Assembly: GCA_963676915.2 (NCBI GenBank)
Contig: CAXXVK010000046.1
Coordinates: forward strand, 1-19,003
DNA from: Myxococcota bacterium
Lineage (GTDB): Bacteria; Myxococcota_A; SURF-8; G963663525
Reading direction: 5' to 3'
Length of the DNA stretch: 19,003 bases
Shown: in pieces, positions 15,559-19,003 of the stretch
Position numbering within the stretch: the first letter of the stretch is position 1
Layout of the letters: each line of letters opens with the position of its first letter
Notes under the pieces: generated by a model
Database searches by the model: none
What the model was told of the DNA's origin: nothing
What the model saw: only the letters and a program-made list of their open reading frames with translations
Translations under genes and position numbers: made by a program

Positions 15559-16326
15559 ATGAAAAAGAAAAAGCATGAAGAACATGTCAACCATGAACGA
15601 TGGCTGGTGTCCTACGCCGACTTCATTACGTTGCTGTTCGCCTTTTTCGTTGTCATGTACGCCGTCAGTGAAGTGGATGCCCAACGGATGAAGGATGTCG
15701 TCGGAGCCATTCGTTTCGCCATGCACTTCGAAGGAACCGGCGGTGTAGGGGAACCGATGATTTTCTCCGGTCCGCAGGCCAACCAGATTTTCGTCAATCA
15801 GCACAAAGTGAAAAGCGGCGGCGGTATTCCCATCAGCCAGCGTCTCGACCTGATTCAGATCAAGGAAAAACTCGAAGAACGTCTCAATTCCGGTCGTTCG
15901 AAAGACGAAAACATGAAATCGCTTCAATTGGCGGTCACCGAACGCGGCTTGCGGATACGTATGCTCGACGCCTATTTTTTCGATCCCGGTTCGACCGTAT
16001 TGCGCCCCGAAGCCATTCCGATTATCGATTCCATCGCTTCCATTCTCAAACCTCTTACCCATAAGATACGTGTGGAAGGCCATAGCGACTCGGAAGGAGC
16101 AGGAGGGCGAGAAGAGTTTTTAAACTGGGAAATCTCCACCGACCGATCATTGACCATCGTCCGGTATCTGATCGAAGGCTATCGAATCGAACCGCAACGT
16201 TTGTCGATCGGCGCCTACGCCCACTACCGTCCCGTTGCCACGAATGCAACCGAAGAAGGGCGCGCTTTGAATCGCCGGATAGATATGTTTGTCATGACCA
16301 GCGGAGAAAGTGTACAATTGCAGTAA
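15559..16326 (+). CDS. motB: Flagellar stator protein MotB, probably H+-coupled
   Basis: WLVSYADFITLLFAFFVVMYA carries the conserved Asp, with Val at D+11 as in proton-type MotB. OmpA-like domain EGHSD..NWEIS..RALNRRI. Confidence 0.95.
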   Translation: MKKKKHEEHVNHERWLVSYADFITLLFAFFVVMYAVSEVDAQRMKDVVGAIRFAMHFEGTGGVGEPMIFSGPQANQIFVNQHKVKSGGGIPISQRLDLIQIKEKLEERLNSGRSKDENMKSLQLAVTERGLRIRMLDAYFFDPGSTVLRPEAIPIIDSIASILKPLTHKIRVEGHSDSEGAGGREEFLNWEISTDRSLTIVRYLIEGYRIEPQRLSIGAYAHYRPVATNATEEGRALNRRIDMFVMTSGESVQLQ

Positions 16327-16395
16327 GCTATGGTAGAAGCTATAGAGCAATTTTGTTGTACGAAGAAATTACATTCTATGGGACAAGAAGGTGTT

Positions 16396-17271
16396 ATGGA
16401 TAACGGAACGTTCGACATCGATAGTCTTTTTGAGGAATTTAGCAAGAAGATCAAGGCGAACCGGATCGAAGTGCCGCCGCTTCCCCATGTCGCCGCCGAA
16501 ATCATGCGTCTTTCCATGCAGGAGGATACTACTTTCGCCAAACTGGAAAGCGCCGTGCGCATGGATCAGTACCTTGCGGCCAAAATCGTAGGCATGGCGA
16601 ACAGTGCATTGTTTGCCCGTTCCTCCGTACAAACCGCCAACCTGAGAATGGCCATGTCGCGTATCGGCCTGCGTGGTGTGCGGGATTTGGCGATGGCCTA
16701 TTCTCTGGCCAACAATACGTTTCAAAGTACGACTTTTTCCGACACGTTGCGGGAGGTCTGGGTTCACTCGTTGAGCACGGCGATTCTGGCCGAATTGCTG
16801 GCTCGTGAAGTGGGCGAAGGTGTGGAGTATTCTTTCATGGCGGGGCTGGTGCATAACATCGGGACGCCTACCATCGTCAAATCTTTCGAATCCTTCTCCG
16901 CCACCACCTCGTTGAACTCGGAAGAAGCTCAAGCCGCTTTCAAAAAACTGGATCTGGCGCTACATCCGAAAATTGGGGCGTTTATCGCCAAACGCTGGAG
17001 TCTTCCCGACCCGCTGGAACAGATTTTGCGCGAGCATCACGACGACGATCTGCCACCGGATCAAACCCATTATCCTGTGCATCTGGTTCGCTGCGCCTTG
17101 AGGCTGGCCTCACATCTGGAAAACGGAGCCAAGGATTACGAATTCGTCGAACCGGCCGAAGCCTTCAAAATGCTTCTTCCCTACATGGGTAAGGAAAAAA
17201 TCGAGGAAATGATTCAGGATTGGCCCCAAACCAAGGAAGTCGCACAAATGACACTTTCTTCGATGCTCTGA
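16396..17271 (+). CDS. HDOD domain protein
   Basis: VPPLPHVAAEI, DQYLAAKIVGMANS, W.HS, AGLVHNIG, HPKIGAFIAKRWSLP..HH. ATG 16396 (GAAGGT upstream) is preferred to 16330. Confidence 0.88.
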   Translation: MDNGTFDIDSLFEEFSKKIKANRIEVPPLPHVAAEIMRLSMQEDTTFAKLESAVRMDQYLAAKIVGMANSALFARSSVQTANLRMAMSRIGLRGVRDLAMAYSLANNTFQSTTFSDTLREVWVHSLSTAILAELLAREVGEGVEYSFMAGLVHNIGTPTIVKSFESFSATTSLNSEEAQAAFKKLDLALHPKIGAFIAKRWSLPDPLEQILREHHDDDLPPDQTHYPVHLVRCALRLASHLENGAKDYEFVEPAEAFKMLLPYMGKEKIEEMIQDWPQTKEVAQMTLSSML

Positions 17272-17297
17272 CATCGTCGCCAATTCATTACGTTTTT

Positions 17298-17329
17298 AAA
17301 ACCGGGAAAAGCATTTTCCCGGTTTTTTT
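17298..17329 (+). terminator. Intrinsic terminator after the HDOD gene
   Basis: AAAACCGGGAAAA-GCA-TTTTCCCGGTTTTTTT. Confidence 0.85.
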
Positions 17330-17380
17330 GTTCCAAATTCCAGTTTACGTGGAAATTCGGATGAGGAGACGCCCCGTTGT

Positions 17381-17409
17381 TTGCAATCTTTCCAGCAATC
17401 CACTATAAG
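17381..17409 (+). promoter_or_regulatory. Sigma-70-type promoter of the dynamin-like gene
   Basis: TTGCAA, 17-nt spacer, TATAAG. Confidence 0.55.
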
Positions 17410-17479
17410 ACAGCTTGTACACATGGGTTTTCAGGCCCATGGATGGGTGCGTGATTCATTCAATCGGTAGTTGAACGAC

Positions 17480-19003
17480 ATGGAACAACAAATGCCACCG
17501 GAAACCCGCTCAAACGACAGCGAACTGGGTGCGGCATTGGAAACCCTTTTTTCGCTGGTACGGAACGACGAAAATAAAAAGCTGGCCGAACAGACCCGGG
17601 AACTGATCCGTCGATTGGCGGAAAAACGCTTTTATCTCGTGGTGTTGGGTCAATTCAAACGCGGAAAAAGCACGTTTATCAATGCCTTGCTGGACCTTGA
17701 AATCCTGCCGACGGGCGCTTTGCCGGTCACGTCCGTGATTACGTTGATCGAATACGGTCCCAAGCGACAGATTTCGGTCAGTTTCAACAACGGTGAGGAA
17801 AAACGCATTTTTGCGGGGGAAATCGGCGAGTTCGTCACCGAGCGCGACAATCCCCACAACAAGCGCGGCGTCGATGCGGTGCGCATTACCGTGCCTTCTC
17901 CACTGTTGAAAAGCGGTGTCGTATTGGTAGACACCCCCGGTTTGGGGTCCACGTTTACCCACAACTCGGACACGACACGAAAATTCGTGCCACAAGTCGA
18001 TGCCGGATTGATCCTGCTGGGCGGCTCCCCGCCGATCGGTGAAGAAGAGTTGCGTTTTCTGGGAGAAATCCGCCCGACCGTGCCCAAGATGATCTATATC
18101 ATCAATAAAAGCGACCAGTTATCTAAGGCCGAACGAGAGGAAGTCAGCGATTTCACACGCTCGGTGCTCAAGAATGTCGATTCCGATCCCGAACTGTATT
18201 TGACCGCCGCCATCGCCCCGTTCAAAAAAATCTCGGCAGACGACCAATTGGATGCGGACGGCGGAGTCAGCCACATTCGCGACCGTCTGACCTACCTGGC
18301 TCGTGCCGAGTCGTTAAGCCTGCTTAAAGCATCCCTCGTGCGCAAAGGACGGCAGATCGCAACGACGTTTATCGATACGGTAAGCGTCGAAATGGCGAGT
18401 GTGGACAAGCCGATCAGTCAGAATGAGAAAAAGCTTCAACGTTTCAAAAAAGCCTATACCCGACTGGCACGCCTTCGGGCGGAGCACGAAGCCATTCTGG
18501 AATCCGACCTGGAAGTCGTATTGGCCGAAATCGATTGGGTATTGAAAGGTTTCCTGAAACGGGCCGTAAAACCGGTGCAGGAGGAAATCCGCAAAACCGC
18601 GCAGACCATCGAAGAGGAACGCAAAGACGATTTGGTCGAGATTCTCTCCGAAGAGCGGAGGAATTCCTCGCTCAAACTGCTGGAACAGTTGCGCGAACGG
18701 GCATTTTCTCGTGCCGAAAAAGGCTACGAAGAATCCCTGATACGCTACCGGGCCGCACTGGAGGAAATCCTCGTATCTCTCAAATCGACCACCGGGCAGA
18801 TTTTCGGTTTCCAACCCGGCGAGGTGGATTTGGATGTTTCCCTGCCGGAACGCTCCAACCTGTTCTTCAATCTCGACGATCAACCGCATTTCTACGAATA
18901 CGAAAAGGTCGAAAACTGGATTTCCGCCCGCGTGATGGCCTACCCGGTGTTTCGTGAAAAAGTGATCGAAAAAGCACTGAATCAGGTCGAACCGCTCCTG
19001 GAT
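17480..19003 (+). CDS. Bacterial dynamin-like GTPase, truncated by the right edge (not in the ORF track)
   Basis: Manual translation from ATG 17480 is open for 508 codons: G1 VLGQFKRGKSTFINALL, G2 LPTGALPVTS, G3 LVDTPGLGS, G4 INKSD, then a charged helical stalk-like region. Confidence 0.92.
   Translation, partial: MEQQMPPETRSNDSELGAALETLFSLVRNDENKKLAEQTRELIRRLAEKRFYLVVLGQFKRGKSTFINALLDLEILPTGALPVTSVITLIEYGPKRQISVSFNNGEEKRIFAGEIGEFVTERDNPHNKRGVDAVRITVPSPLLKSGVVLVDTPGLGSTFTHNSDTTRKFVPQVDAGLILLGGSPPIGEEELRFLGEIRPTVPKMIYIINKSDQLSKAEREEVSDFTRSVLKNVDSDPELYLTAAIAPFKKISADDQLDADGGVSHIRDRLTYLARAESLSLLKASLVRKGRQIATTFIDTVSVEMASVDKPISQNEKKLQRFKKAYTRLARLRAEHEAILESDLEVVLAEIDWVLKGFLKRAVKPVQEEIRKTAQTIEEERKDDLVEILSEERRNSSLKLLEQLRERAFSRAEKGYEESLIRYRAALEEILVSLKSTTGQIFGFQPGEVDLDVSLPERSNLFFNLDDQPHFYEYEKVENWISARVMAYPVFREKVIEKALNQVEPLLD

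Noticed and set aside
6110-17432. Exact 14-mer ACACATGGGTTTTC at 6110-6123 and 17419-17432
   Set aside because: A match of this length is expected about once by chance in 19 kb, and the similarity does not extend.
17510-18957. Several track ORFs at the right end
   Set aside because: Antisense or out-of-frame shadows of the dynamin-like gene.
6303-19003. Genomic island integrated at tRNA-Leu carrying the flagellar module
   Set aside because: No integrase, no repeat of the tRNA 3' end seen, the native terminator directly follows the tRNA, and there is no obvious composition shift.
1-19003. CRISPR array, rRNA or transposase
   Set aside because: No repeat-spacer periodicity, rRNA-like sequence or transposase motifs were seen.

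Overview
Bacterial chromosomal window, roughly 50-55% GC by eye, with gene content suggesting a deltaproteobacterial/Myxococcota-like lineage. Left (minus strand): housekeeping run spoVG-prs-rplY-pth, where pth is absent from the ORF track because its frame has no stop before the window edge. Upstream of these is a membrane dCache/HAMP-like protein with an MXAN_5187-like C-terminal domain. After a very AT-rich spacer come suhB, a 177-bp MITE-like, extensively self-pairing element inserted in the suhB stop codon, and tRNA-Leu(GAG). Middle: a flagellar module of divergent sigma-28-type units, fliC-fliD-fliS plus a PAS histidine kinase and a degenerate hybrid kinase on the minus strand, and flbD-motA-motB plus an HDOD protein on the plus strand. 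Right: a dynamin-like GTPase running off the end. Best leads are (1) an intact kinase/pseudokinase-receiver pair coupled to fliS, (2) the cloverleaf-folding MITE that regenerates the suhB stop codon, (3) a Prs lacking the catalytic KRR loop in the canonical prs locus, and (4) a long flagellin leader rich in CsrA-type sites. All family calls are by motif recognition; no database searches were run.
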